Of a stretch of DNA of 60,418 nt, positions 34,549 through 43,259 are shown piece after piece; positions within the stretch are counted from its first letter, which is position 1, and each line of letters starts with the position of its first letter. Made by a program: the position numbers and the translations under genes. Source of the stretch: a bacterium (GTDB lineage Bacteria > Patescibacteriota > CPR2 > UBA1875 > JAJYID01). Location of the stretch: assembly GCA_021787535.1 (NCBI GenBank), contig JAJYLR010000004.1:1-60418 (forward strand), in the 5' to 3' direction. The notes beneath the pieces are model-generated. The model saw only the letters and a program-made list of their open reading frames with translations, ran no database searches and was not told the DNA's origin.

Positions 34549-34938
34549 GTGCTGAGTGAGTCGGATGATCGCCCTTTGGGGAGGAAAGTCCGGACACCCA
34601 AGAGCATGGTAGTCACGAAATGTGACCGGTCGAAAGGCCCGAGCCAGTGCCACAGAAACAATACCGCCCCGAGCAATCGGGGTAAGGGTGAAAAGAGTGA
34701 GGTAAGAGCTCACAGCATTTGTTGGCGACAACAAATGGAGGTAAACCTTACCTGGTGCAAGTCCGGTGGGCCAAAGTTTTCCTAAAACGTGTCTTAGCTT
34801 TGCGAAAGCAAGGCGTGGCTCTTTCTTAGAAAGGTGTTGCTCGCACTGAAAACTGCGGTCCGGACGCATAGATAGATGGTCATCGATTCCAATGTAATGT
34901 TGGTTGAACAGAACCCGGCTTATAGACTCGCTCAGCAA
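34549..34938 (+). ncRNA. rnpB: RNase P RNA (bacterial type A)
   Basis: 'GAGGAAAGTCCGGAC' (P4 5' strand), 'ACAGAAACAATACCGCC', 'GGTAAGGGTGAAA', 'ACAGAACCCGGCTTAT'. P1 pairing is gctgagtgagtc/gactcgctcagc. Confidence 0.9.
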
Positions 34939-34940
34939 TT

Positions 34941-34967
34941 AAAAAGACTCATTTTTGAGTCTTTTTA
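34941..34967 (+). terminator. Intrinsic terminator after rnpB (also faces the convergent membrane-protein gene)
   Basis: aaaagactca/tgagtctttt 10-bp stem, tttt loop. Confidence 0.65.
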
Positions 34968-34982
34968 ATAAATAAATTTGGC

Positions 34983-35999
34983 CTACTGAGCAGATTTTGC
35001 AATTTGTAATAAAGTATCTTTAGAGACGCCGCTTTCCCCCCAGATGACAACAGCGTAGCCGTTTTTATAGAAGGCAACCCCTGTCCTACTATCCTCATTT
35101 TTTGTTGCAATTTGCGAACTATCGGGAATATTATTGCCAACATATACTTCATTAACTGTAATCCATTTTTTCATATTCCAAAAATCTTCTTTCGATAAAT
35201 AGCGTAAGCTAAAAACCTTAAGATTTACATTACTCTTGTCTCCCATAATAAAAGCTGCCTCCGTATAACTGGGAATATTCAATACCACAGGGTCGTTGCC
35301 AAACTGATCCTTTGCTTTTTGAAATCCAACAAAGGGTTTTTCCTGAGAAGCAAGCATACCTGGTACATAAAATACAGATAAAATGATTACCGCAACTATA
35401 GAGTAGGCCAGAATGCCCATCCGCTTTGTAGAACTTAAAGACCTTTTTTGATTAAATCTGTTGCTGAAAAATGGAATGATAAGTAAGGCAGCAACAACCA
35501 AAACAACTAATATCTGAAAGGTAATATCTAAAAAATCGACCAAATGGAAACCTGCCTCGGCAGTACCGGTCAGATCAAGTCCTTTGGTCGCGGCCTGATT
35601 AATCAAGATATATGCTATCATATAATCGCCGGCAATCACTTGGAATGCTACCGAAAAAAACAAACTTCTAAGTGTTAAAGTTCTCAGTTTGAAAAATAGG
35701 TATAGAAAACCAGCTGAGATAATAAAAGCTAAAGGACCTAGAATATAGATCAAGGGAGCATTGGCAAAAATTAAGCCCCAGTTAATTGGGTCAAATAAGT
35801 TTTTGGTTCCATAGTAAAGATCATAAATTGAATAGATTCCGCCGAAGAGAAAGACCGCAAAGCCAAATAATGCAATGATGGAAACTATTGTTTTAGTACG
35901 CCCGTCTTCAAGCAAACCATCCTCTTCATAGATTCCGGAAGCAATTAAGTCCGACTGAGGATCAGGATAAATATCATCTTGCCAACTCACACTCTCCAT
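34983..35999 (-). CDS. Hypothetical polytopic membrane protein with C-terminal extracytoplasmic domain
   Basis: 338-aa ORF, about 6 hydrophobic helices. Confidence 0.55.
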   Translation of the reverse strand: MESVSWQDDIYPDPQSDLIASGIYEEDGLLEDGRTKTIVSIIALFGFAVFLFGGIYSIYDLYYGTKNLFDPINWGLIFANAPLIYILGPLAFIISAGFLYLFFKLRTLTLRSLFFSVAFQVIAGDYMIAYILINQAATKGLDLTGTAEAGFHLVDFLDITFQILVVLVVAALLIIPFFSNRFNQKRSLSSTKRMGILAYSIVAVIILSVFYVPGMLASQEKPFVGFQKAKDQFGNDPVVLNIPSYTEAAFIMGDKSNVNLKVFSLRYLSKEDFWNMKKWITVNEVYVGNNIPDSSQIATKNEDSRTGVAFYKNGYAVVIWGESGVSKDTLLQIAKSAQ

Positions 36000-36057
36000 A
36001 GATAAAGGATATGCTTTACTGCAAAATTTGTCCAGTCAAAGCGTCTTTTTCTATTCT

Positions 36058-36246
36058 TTAGTCTTCTACGGGCACGTCTAGTTCATCATAGTCATCTTTG
36101 GAAACAAATCTGGTCAGATTTGTACCATCATCATCAACTGCTCGAACAGCATATCTCTTCCTGCCTTTTGAATCATAAACTTTCTTTTTCAGCTGATCCT
36201 CCGGTATTTCCACTTTTTCTCTTTTTTTGACATTATAAAACTGCAT
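36058..36246 (-). CDS. Hypothetical small basic/acidic protein (62 aa)
   Basis: GAAGGAGAAAA SD before ATG; no recognisable motif. Confidence 0.5.
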   Translation of the reverse strand: MQFYNVKKREKVEIPEDQLKKKVYDSKGRKRYAVRAVDDDGTNLTRFVSKDDYDELDVPVED

Positions 36247-36350
36247 CTTTTTTCTCCTTCATTATTCTGGAGTAATTTTACACGCAGTTTATGTCATAAA
36301 CATTGTGCAAACACACAATAAAAAATGTTCAATTAAAAATTTCTAATTTC

Positions 36351-36371
36351 CCTGCCTTGCCGTCAGGCAGG
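36351..36371. repeat. GC-rich 7-bp hairpin embedded in an AT-rich aatttc-type spacer
   Basis: cctgcct tgccgtc aggcagg. Confidence 0.3.
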
Positions 36372-36447
36372 TGATCAATACCTAAATTTTTGAATTTGTT
36401 AATTGAACCCTATTGAAAATTCGTTATTAGATACTAAAAATTTTCCC

Positions 36448-38715
36448 TTACTTAACCTCTACCCTTTCTCTTTCTGCCGGTTTCTCATCGTCCTTCATTT
36501 TCTTGCTCACTATTTCCTTGGCCTCATTAATAGGTGTCTCAAGAGGAATATTTTTGTCAAATGGTGAAACGCTGTTTTTTGTCACTGGCGCTGTTTTAGG
36601 CAGTTTAAAGCCAAAAGTTGATCCTTTGCCTTCCACTGAATGGAAAATAATTTCTCCATGATGCTCTTCTATAACCTTTTTCGCCATAAAGAGTCCAAGC
36701 CCGGTACCGTCCGGCCGGGTGCTTCTGGCATTTTCAGCCCGATAAAACTTGGTAAATAAGTGTTTTTGCTGTTCGGCCGGCACCCCAATACCGTTATCTG
36801 TTACTTCGAAGCAGATCTTCTCCTCCTCTTCATAAAGCTTCACGGTAATTTTGCCGTTCAGAGTATAATAAATAGCGTTATCAATGAAGTTCATGATCAC
36901 TTGTCTGACTTTCATCTCATCAGCACAAAGAGTTAAATGTTTAGACGATTTGTTGAATACCAGCTTTAGTCCCTTATCTTTGACCGCCTTATCAAGCTGC
37001 TTGATTTCCTCCTCAGTTGTCTTTGTGACATCAAACTCTGAAACCTCGAGGAAGAATCGGCCCGTTTCCATACGGGAAACGTTCAGAAGATCATTGATGA
37101 GCGAAACCATGCGTGTCGCACCATAATAAGCTTCCTGAACAAACTCATACTGCCCCACCTTGATTTCACCGGCATCTCCCTCAAGAAGCATAGAAAGATA
37201 CCCTTTTATTGCCGTGAGCGGAGTTCGAAGCTGATGCGATGCCATGGTAATAAATTCATCTTTTGCTTTATCTAGTTCGCGCAGGTTCTGATTGGCTTTT
37301 TCGAGATCATGAGTCGCCTTTTTAATTTCTGTTGTCAGCATAGCGTTAAATTGCTGGATTTCCTCATATGACTTGGCATTTTCAACAGCCACGGCGACTT
37401 CCGGACCGAGAATCTCAAAGATCTTAATATCTTGACCTGAAAACATATCTCCCGAACTCTTCTCACCGAGAAAAAGCACGCCCGTCAGTTTATCATTTGC
37501 TTTTAGCGGAATTACTACGGAGGCCTCATGTTTTTTTAATATATTTTTAATCCTCGATCCCTCCTCAAATTCATCATAAATGCATAGCCCATCCTGAGAG
37601 ATGGCTTCTATTTCTTTTAAGCCCACCATGGGGCTTTTTTTGTAACCCACCCCTTGGGTGGTATCAACTGTTTTCTCATCCTTTAAAATAACAAAAAACC
37701 CTCGCGAGACCTTCACTTCCTCGACTAAAATATTGAGCACTTTATATAAAAGCTCGATCAAAACTATGCTGGAACTCATAGTGTGAGCTAACTTATCCAG
37801 AAGCTGATCCGGATCATAAGATTGCTTGAAAAATATCCGGTCAGTTTTCTTTGTAATAAACTTTTTCAGCGGCTGAAAGGCAAAAATTACTAATAGGGTT
37901 AAGAGAATCCTGAAAATAATTTGATCTGGTGTTAGTGTTCCTGCAGTTTCTGGAAAGATTATTTTTTCCAACCAAATCATCGAAAAAGTATAGAAAAAGC
38001 CAATCAGAGCCAAAAGAATAATGAAGGCGACTGATTTGGCTACAATAAGTCTAATGTCCATTAACCGATGTTTAATAATAGCGTATGCAATAGAACCAAC
38101 ATAGACTGAGACCAAAATATTAGTTACTGGCGGTATTGGAATTCTATACCATAGTAGGTAATTGGTAGAACCTCCAATAAAGCCGATGACCATGCCCAGA
38201 ATAATATATTTTATTTGTAATCTAAAAACTCCCTTAGACGTCCTAAATGCTTTCAGCAGTAAATAAGTAGAGTAAATAACATAAAAAAACCAAACAATAA
38301 GAAATAAGCTATAAGCGGGTCCAGCAATCGGCCAAAACTTGAAGCCTAAAAGCTGTTCGGTATGATCAATAAAATAAGGTGTAAAATCAGTAAGAAAAAA
38401 AACGAAAAATAGTAGATAACTTAAGATTAAAGTTATTTTCTTTTTTTTCAGTAGACCAAGGAAAGCATAAACAAAATGAAGATAGGCAACAGGTATAAAA
38501 ATAGCTCCAGCCATTAATATTCTGATAGAAAGCATTGCTGAATCTGCTGTTCGAGCTATTTGCCAAAAAAAGTAATTCAGGCTCCAAAATGCGACTAATA
38601 AACAGAATGCAAAAAAGCTTGTATTTTTTGCATTCCTGCTTTTTGCGATAACGAAAATGCCAAGTACACTACTGGTGATAAAATTTACTAGTGCTGATAT
38701 TGTAAATAAATTCAT
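36448..38715 (-). CDS. Multi-TM sensor histidine kinase with GAF-like domain
   Basis: About 7+ N-terminal TM helices; 'ASHQLRTPLTAIKGY' H-box; 'DNGIGV', 'GTGLGL' G boxes. Confidence 0.85.
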   Translation of the reverse strand: MNLFTISALVNFITSSVLGIFVIAKSRNAKNTSFFAFCLLVAFWSLNYFFWQIARTADSAMLSIRILMAGAIFIPVAYLHFVYAFLGLLKKKKITLILSYLLFFVFFLTDFTPYFIDHTEQLLGFKFWPIAGPAYSLFLIVWFFYVIYSTYLLLKAFRTSKGVFRLQIKYIILGMVIGFIGGSTNYLLWYRIPIPPVTNILVSVYVGSIAYAIIKHRLMDIRLIVAKSVAFIILLALIGFFYTFSMIWLEKIIFPETAGTLTPDQIIFRILLTLLVIFAFQPLKKFITKKTDRIFFKQSYDPDQLLDKLAHTMSSSIVLIELLYKVLNILVEEVKVSRGFFVILKDEKTVDTTQGVGYKKSPMVGLKEIEAISQDGLCIYDEFEEGSRIKNILKKHEASVVIPLKANDKLTGVLFLGEKSSGDMFSGQDIKIFEILGPEVAVAVENAKSYEEIQQFNAMLTTEIKKATHDLEKANQNLRELDKAKDEFITMASHQLRTPLTAIKGYLSMLLEGDAGEIKVGQYEFVQEAYYGATRMVSLINDLLNVSRMETGRFFLEVSEFDVTKTTEEEIKQLDKAVKDKGLKLVFNKSSKHLTLCADEMKVRQVIMNFIDNAIYYTLNGKITVKLYEEEEKICFEVTDNGIGVPAEQQKHLFTKFYRAENARSTRPDGTGLGLFMAKKVIEEHHGEIIFHSVEGKGSTFGFKLPKTAPVTKNSVSPFDKNIPLETPINEAKEIVSKKMKDDEKPAERERVEVK

Positions 38716-38737
38716 AAGCTCTTTAAAAAAGCAAAAC

Positions 38738-38768
38738 GGGGACTTGCTACTATTATAGCAAAGTCCCC
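38738..38768 (-). terminator. Intrinsic terminator after the methyltransferase gene
   Basis: ggggacttgcta/tagca(a)agtcccc stem with one bulge; T-rich tract on the minus strand. Confidence 0.55.
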
Positions 38769-38772
38769 GCGC

Positions 38773-39726
38773 TTACAGCAATACCTTCCGGGCGACCAAA
38801 ATGCCGTGCATTCGAAGAGGTTCATAAACAAGCCGATAATCCTGAAAGCCTGCCTTCGTCACCACTTCGATGAGCTCTTTTGGTGTCCTGTAGATCATCT
38901 CCCAGTCAATGACCCACCGGAGGAAGTGCATCTCCGGATTTCTCCGGATATTGCACGTTAAGAAAATCCCATCCGGTTTAAGAGACTGATAGATCTTACT
39001 TACCAATCGAATGGCTTTCTCCTGTGGTATGTAGTCAAGGAGCCCAAGCATCTCGATCACATCAGGGGAAAAGTCACTGGCCACTCGCTTGACCTGGACA
39101 ACACTGGCCTTCACCGTCTCGATCTGATCACGGACACCATGCTCCATGGCCAACATCTCTGAGTAGTCAAGAGCGGTCTGATCAATGTCAAGCAGCATGG
39201 CTTGTACCAGGACACCCTCGGACTTTAGTTCTGCCATAACCTCAATAACTGCTTGAGCAGAACCGGCAGCCAGGGATAGCAACCGAACTTCTTGATTGCC
39301 AGACCGGAGAAGCGCTGATCGCAGTTCTTGTTTGACCAGCTTTAGACGATTTCTTACGGCTTGGGCATTCAACATTCCAATCCAGAAATCATCTATAGCA
39401 CCGCGGACACTTCTACCTTGTCCGAATTCGTGATTATAGATGAGATCTAACGCCTTCCAGGACGCTGCCCCCTCCTTGATCGCTCGACATTGTAAACCCA
39501 GCCCATCAAACCAGATGGTGTTAACTTTCGGCTCAATACCGAGAGTCCAGCAAAAGGATTTCTTTGCCATGACCCAAAGAGTTAACACCCAGCCAAACGG
39601 TACAGTAAACAGATACATCCAACGCTTATTCTCAAAGCCGGAGGAGTCGATTGTATCAGTTTGGCCTTCTGCCACTGTCGGGATTTCTGCAACTTCCGTG
39701 GAATTTGAAGTCATCGAACTGTTCAC
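38773..39726 (-). CDS. Class I SAM-dependent methyltransferase
   Basis: AAGGAGG SD + GTG 39726; 'VRLLSLAAGSAQ' motif I, 'LLDID', 'LKPDGIFL'; visibly GC-richer than the backbone. Confidence 0.7.
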   Translation of the reverse strand: MNSSMTSNSTEVAEIPTVAEGQTDTIDSSGFENKRWMYLFTVPFGWVLTLWVMAKKSFCWTLGIEPKVNTIWFDGLGLQCRAIKEGAASWKALDLIYNHEFGQGRSVRGAIDDFWIGMLNAQAVRNRLKLVKQELRSALLRSGNQEVRLLSLAAGSAQAVIEVMAELKSEGVLVQAMLLDIDQTALDYSEMLAMEHGVRDQIETVKASVVQVKRVASDFSPDVIEMLGLLDYIPQEKAIRLVSKIYQSLKPDGIFLTCNIRRNPEMHFLRWVIDWEMIYRTPKELIEVVTKAGFQDYRLVYEPLRMHGILVARKVLL

Positions 39727-40165
39727 CGAACACCTCCTTCTTCGATATAGGGATTGATGGATCCTTGATCTCTAACAGAGTTCCAAAGGTTAATTTAATT
39801 CAATGTGCGACCTTTAGATATAAGATAATATAACATATTGACGTTTTTGTCAATGTGTTTATCTCATCTCCACTAATATCCTAACATTTTTAGCCTCAAA
39901 AAGAAATGAACTTTCAAGAGATTCATAAATATTATCCTAGGTAATAGTTAGCAAAACATTTCATGATATAATTATTACAATGAGAAATGTAAATTTTAAA
40001 TTCATAATCAATAAACAGGCAAATCAACTTTTGCCGCCATTTCTTTCACCGATTAAGGCAACGTTTTCCCCTGCTTTCAAAAGATTTTTTATAACTTCTG
40101 ATAAACTATTCATGTTAAAATTATATGCCTCAAATTGTCCAAGAAGTATAATTTTAATAGAGGAT

Positions 40166-40852
40166 TTAGTGTTTTAGCTCGTAACTTTTTAACAGGACTA
40201 TGCTCTTGTCGATAAATTTATCGAAATCTTTGTCTTGATTCCATATTTTTGATAGTTTCTGCCATAAATCTTCAAAAATCGGATAAGTTCTTTCTGAATT
40301 CCCCGTTAAATCACCGAAATAATCGTTGAGTATCGGTGTCATTGCCTCTCTCAACCATTCGGATTTTTGCTGGTCAACCTGGCAAATAACCTCTTCTGCA
40401 TAATAAGCAAAATATTGAAAATGTAGAATCTCATGGCTTATTACCTTAACTAATCTTTTTTTGTCTCTTGTGGCAGGTATCCAAATATACCCTTTATCAA
40501 AATAAAAGGGACACCTTGGAAAAGTGGTTATAAATAAAGTAATTTTTTTCTTTGCAATGGGATGTTTGGTAAGATCAGACAATCGATTAGCGAATTCGGA
40601 GGAAAGCTCTTGAAGGTATTCCTGCATTTCAATCTGCATCAACTCCAACTTTTTTTCCCCATAAAGACTCTTTAAATAGGGGAATAGAAACTCGTATGCT
40701 TCCTCCCTCGTCTTCCCAACTATCTTATCTCTTAACTCCCCACTTATTCTCTGCTTCCAATCAGTCCCATGGCTGATTTTATTGCAAGCTTCATACCAAT
40801 TTCCCGCATCCCTATCAATGTTAAGTTCAACTTTTATGCTAATCGTACTCAT
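40166..40852 (-). CDS. Hypothetical HExxH protein (putative zinc metallopeptidase)
   Basis: 'VISHEILHFQY'; no signal peptide or TM helix seen. Confidence 0.5.
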   Translation of the reverse strand: MSTISIKVELNIDRDAGNWYEACNKISHGTDWKQRISGELRDKIVGKTREEAYEFLFPYLKSLYGEKKLELMQIEMQEYLQELSSEFANRLSDLTKHPIAKKKITLFITTFPRCPFYFDKGYIWIPATRDKKRLVKVISHEILHFQYFAYYAEEVICQVDQQKSEWLREAMTPILNDYFGDLTGNSERTYPIFEDLWQKLSKIWNQDKDFDKFIDKSIVLLKSYELKH

Positions 40853-40882
40853 TATTTATTGATTATAATACAATGAAGAAAA

Positions 40883-40909
40883 AAGGGCTACCTTGAAAAG
40901 GTAGCCCTT
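40883..40909 (-). terminator. Intrinsic terminator after the Cys-rich peptide gene
   Basis: aagggctacc/ggtagccctt 10-bp stem, T tract on the minus strand. Confidence 0.6.
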
Positions 40910-40913
40910 TAGA

Positions 40914-41039
40914 CTAGTTGTCTTCGCAGTCCCCATCGGGACAGTCGCAATCAGTACATTCGACGCATTCACTGCCAGATGGGTTGCCACAATCGCCAAG
41001 ATGACTTGAGTTTGTGAGCTGATCGGATATAATCTGCAT
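40914..41039 (-). CDS. 41-aa acidic six-cysteine candidate RiPP precursor (unannotated in track)
   Basis: AGGAGG SD 5 nt before ATG 41039; MQIISDQLTNSSHLGDCGNPSGSECVECTDCDCPDGDCEDN; 65 nt downstream of the rSAM/SPASM gene. Confidence 0.6.
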   Translation of the reverse strand: MQIISDQLTNSSHLGDCGNPSGSECVECTDCDCPDGDCEDN

Positions 41040-41104
41040 CCTTACCTCCTTCCTGTCATGTCGAGTTTGAATTCGAGAAGTATTCGAGTATGTTATCCGA
41101 AAGC

Positions 41105-42493
41105 TTATATATTATTAACAGATAAGACCTCACTTTTTGATTCTTTTGATGAGTCTCTCAGCATCTGTAGTCCTTTGATCCTAAGCAACCGGGGTATTAC
41201 GGCCTTGAATACTTGACAATAGGGAGAAGGCATATCATATCTCCCAAATGTTTTATAGGTTTGTAATGGACAGCCACCGGCACAGCTTTTCCTCCAAAAG
41301 CATGAGGAACATAGTTCGTAATTACTTCCTTTCATACTTCTTAAGTTATTATTGCTGTTTCTGGTTTTCGCAATTATATCATCCCCCGCTTCAAGAGCAC
41401 CGAATGGAATACTAAGTCCCAATCCGCACAACCCCATATTACCACTGTGATCTATCGCCGTAAAACTGCTGCCAGCAGCACAAGTACGGTTAATCGGCCT
41501 AGTCAACGAAACATCACAGAACTTATGTATCCTGTTAATATCCTTAATAGGTAGATTTGCCTCGATTAAATCGTAGCATTCATTAAGGACATCAACGAGT
41601 TCATCCTGTAAATCAAGGAGGGCGGGGTGCCCTGTATCGATATCCCTCTCAAGAGAGTATCTGAACCTCAGTCCGTTTTTCAATGCAAACTCGGTAAATT
41701 CGGGGAGTTGACGGAAACTCGATGCAGAAACCGTAACAAGGGTAGAAAAGGAGACATGATAATCCTTGAGAATCTTGAGCCCCTTCAGAACATCTTGGAA
41801 ACTGCCTCTGCCTCTTCTATCTACACGACTTCTATCATGTGCCTCCTCCAGTCCATCAAGGGATAGACCCACATGGAAATGATGCCTTTTGAGAAATTCA
41901 GCAATTTCTGAGGTTAGTAATATGCCATTAGTTAATAACATATTGTCTATAGTGACATCACAACTCATCTTTTCGCTATACTCCACAAGATCCTTTAACA
42001 AACTATATTTCGTCAAAGGTTCTCCACCTGCGTATTTGATTCCAAGCTTACCAATATTGTTTTGTAAACATGACTTTACGAGTCTATTGAGCAATTCCTT
42101 CCCCTGGATACTTGACATTGAGCCCGGCGATTTATGGATGTAACAATACTTGCAAGCTAAATTACAACTATTGGTTAAGTGTAACCAACAAGAGAAAGAT
42201 GGCTCTTTTCTGGCACTTTCCCTTAGAGACTCTGTAAATTCTAGAGAAATGCTGACAATTTCATTCTTCGCCATCGTTTCCAGAGTCCTAAATACCTTTT
42301 CTCCCCTTATTGATCTCTGAATTTCAGAAACAGAGGATTGGCCATGACAATACTGTAGTAGCTCTTCGGCCTCATCATCCAAGAGGAGCGGTCCGCCATA
42401 ACTTTCTGGATTGAAATACAGATGGTAACCTTCCACTAATTCTTTATAAAGTCCCTCTACAATAACTGGCACATCTGTCCGTAAAAGTTGCAT
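41105..42493 (-). CDS. Radical SAM/SPASM peptide maturase with N-terminal PqqD/RRE-like region
   Basis: 'CNLACKYCY'; SPASM 'CSSCFWRKSCAGGCP'; N-terminal 'LLLDDEAEELLQYCHGQSSVSEI'. Confidence 0.85.
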   Translation of the reverse strand: MQLLRTDVPVIVEGLYKELVEGYHLYFNPESYGGPLLLDDEAEELLQYCHGQSSVSEIQRSIRGEKVFRTLETMAKNEIVSISLEFTESLRESARKEPSFSCWLHLTNSCNLACKYCYIHKSPGSMSSIQGKELLNRLVKSCLQNNIGKLGIKYAGGEPLTKYSLLKDLVEYSEKMSCDVTIDNMLLTNGILLTSEIAEFLKRHHFHVGLSLDGLEEAHDRSRVDRRGRGSFQDVLKGLKILKDYHVSFSTLVTVSASSFRQLPEFTEFALKNGLRFRYSLERDIDTGHPALLDLQDELVDVLNECYDLIEANLPIKDINRIHKFCDVSLTRPINRTCAAGSSFTAIDHSGNMGLCGLGLSIPFGALEAGDDIIAKTRNSNNNLRSMKGSNYELCSSCFWRKSCAGGCPLQTYKTFGRYDMPSPYCQVFKAVIPRLLRIKGLQMLRDSSKESKSEVLSVNNI

Positions 42494-42649
42494 TATTTTT
42501 TCCTTTCAAGTTGCGCGGGTTTTCAAGTTCATAAAAGGCCACCCCCTTCGAGTAACCTTTATATCAACTTCCGATTGCCCTCATTATAGTCAAAATTGCT
42601 TTTTTGTCAACCTTTTTAGTTAGCTAGGAGTAATATTTCTAAATTCTCC

Positions 42650-42677
42650 TTGACAAATTTTCGAAAATGCTTATAAT
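42650..42677 (+). promoter_or_regulatory. Near-consensus sigma70 promoter (TTGACA-16-TATAAT)
   Basis: TTGACA 42650..42655; TATAAT 42672..42677. Confidence 0.5.
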
Positions 42678-42699
42678 GATTGCTAAACAAAGGAAAAAT

Positions 42700-42762
42700 A
42701 TGAAACTGTTTCTGATTATACGCAAATTTTCAGAAGATTTGTTTCTTAAAACAAAATTTTAG
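42700..42762 (+). CDS. Possible 20-aa ORF within a promoter-to-terminator mini-unit (could instead be an sRNA)
   Basis: AAAGGAAAAATATG; MKLFLIIRKFSEDLFLKTKF. Confidence 0.25.
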   Translation: MKLFLIIRKFSEDLFLKTKF

Positions 42763-42766
42763 AAAC

Positions 42767-42790
42767 AAAGAGAGCTTTTTAGCTCTCTTT
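42767..42790. terminator. Palindromic intrinsic terminator
   Basis: aaagagagct tttt agctctcttt followed by ttt. Confidence 0.55.
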
Positions 42791-42914
42791 TTTCGATCCT
42801 GCGCAAGAATCTCATTTCGGCTAAAAAAATATGTGTTGAGATTCTTCAACAGGTGTACGGGGGTGCCTACAGAGTTTCGGGAGGTGGAAATATTGTTTAA
42901 CCGCCGGAGGTCAA

Positions 42915-43157
42915 ATGGGCACGAAAAAAATCGGGGCAATGATACTGGAGGCTCTCATGGAAGAGCCGAAGACATTGTCCGGCATTAAAGAGGCGCTTGC
43001 TAGAGACGGCATAAAATGCGCGAATGATGAGCTCGAAAAAAGCATCCTGCGACTCGAGCGACAGGATTATCTGAAAATCCTGGATGATAGACCTGCAAGA
43101 TATTTCTGTATCACGGCTCTCGGCCAAGCAGTTTCTGAAGACCTGAAAAACAAGTAA
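42915..43157 (+). CDS. Small winged-helix transcription regulator-like protein (80 aa)
   Basis: GGAGG SD; 'ILEALMEEPKTLSGIKEAL...LERQDYLKI' wHTH-like pattern. Confidence 0.55.
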   Translation: MGTKKIGAMILEALMEEPKTLSGIKEALARDGIKCANDELEKSILRLERQDYLKILDDRPARYFCITALGQAVSEDLKNK

Positions 43158-43259
43158 GATTTGCCATTAACTCAACATCAAAATATAAGGCGTTTTTTAG
43201 CGGCCTATCTTAAATGCCCCCTAAAACCAAACTAAAGTTACAGCCAACAGGCTGATTTT

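Noticed and set aside
34525-34938. 137-aa and 78-aa ORFs at 34525..34938 and 34549..34785.
   Set aside because: The region carries the universally conserved RNase P RNA boxes (GAGGAAAGTCCGG, ACAGAACCCGGCTTAT) and a P1 stem, so the ORFs are artefacts over an RNA gene.
40024-40113. 29-aa minus-strand ORF 'MNSLSEVIKNLLKAGENVALIGERNGGKS' with a Walker-A-like end.
   Set aside because: It stops right after the P-loop and has a poor SD. It is probably a remnant of a truncated NTPase gene, or chance, and is not reported as a functional gene.
39980-40177. 65-aa ORF in the AT-rich gap between the methyltransferase and HExxH genes. Also ORFs 42730..42939 and 42897..43127 opposite the wHTH gene region.
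   Set aside because: They are AT-rich low-complexity products with no SD, overlapping better-supported features.
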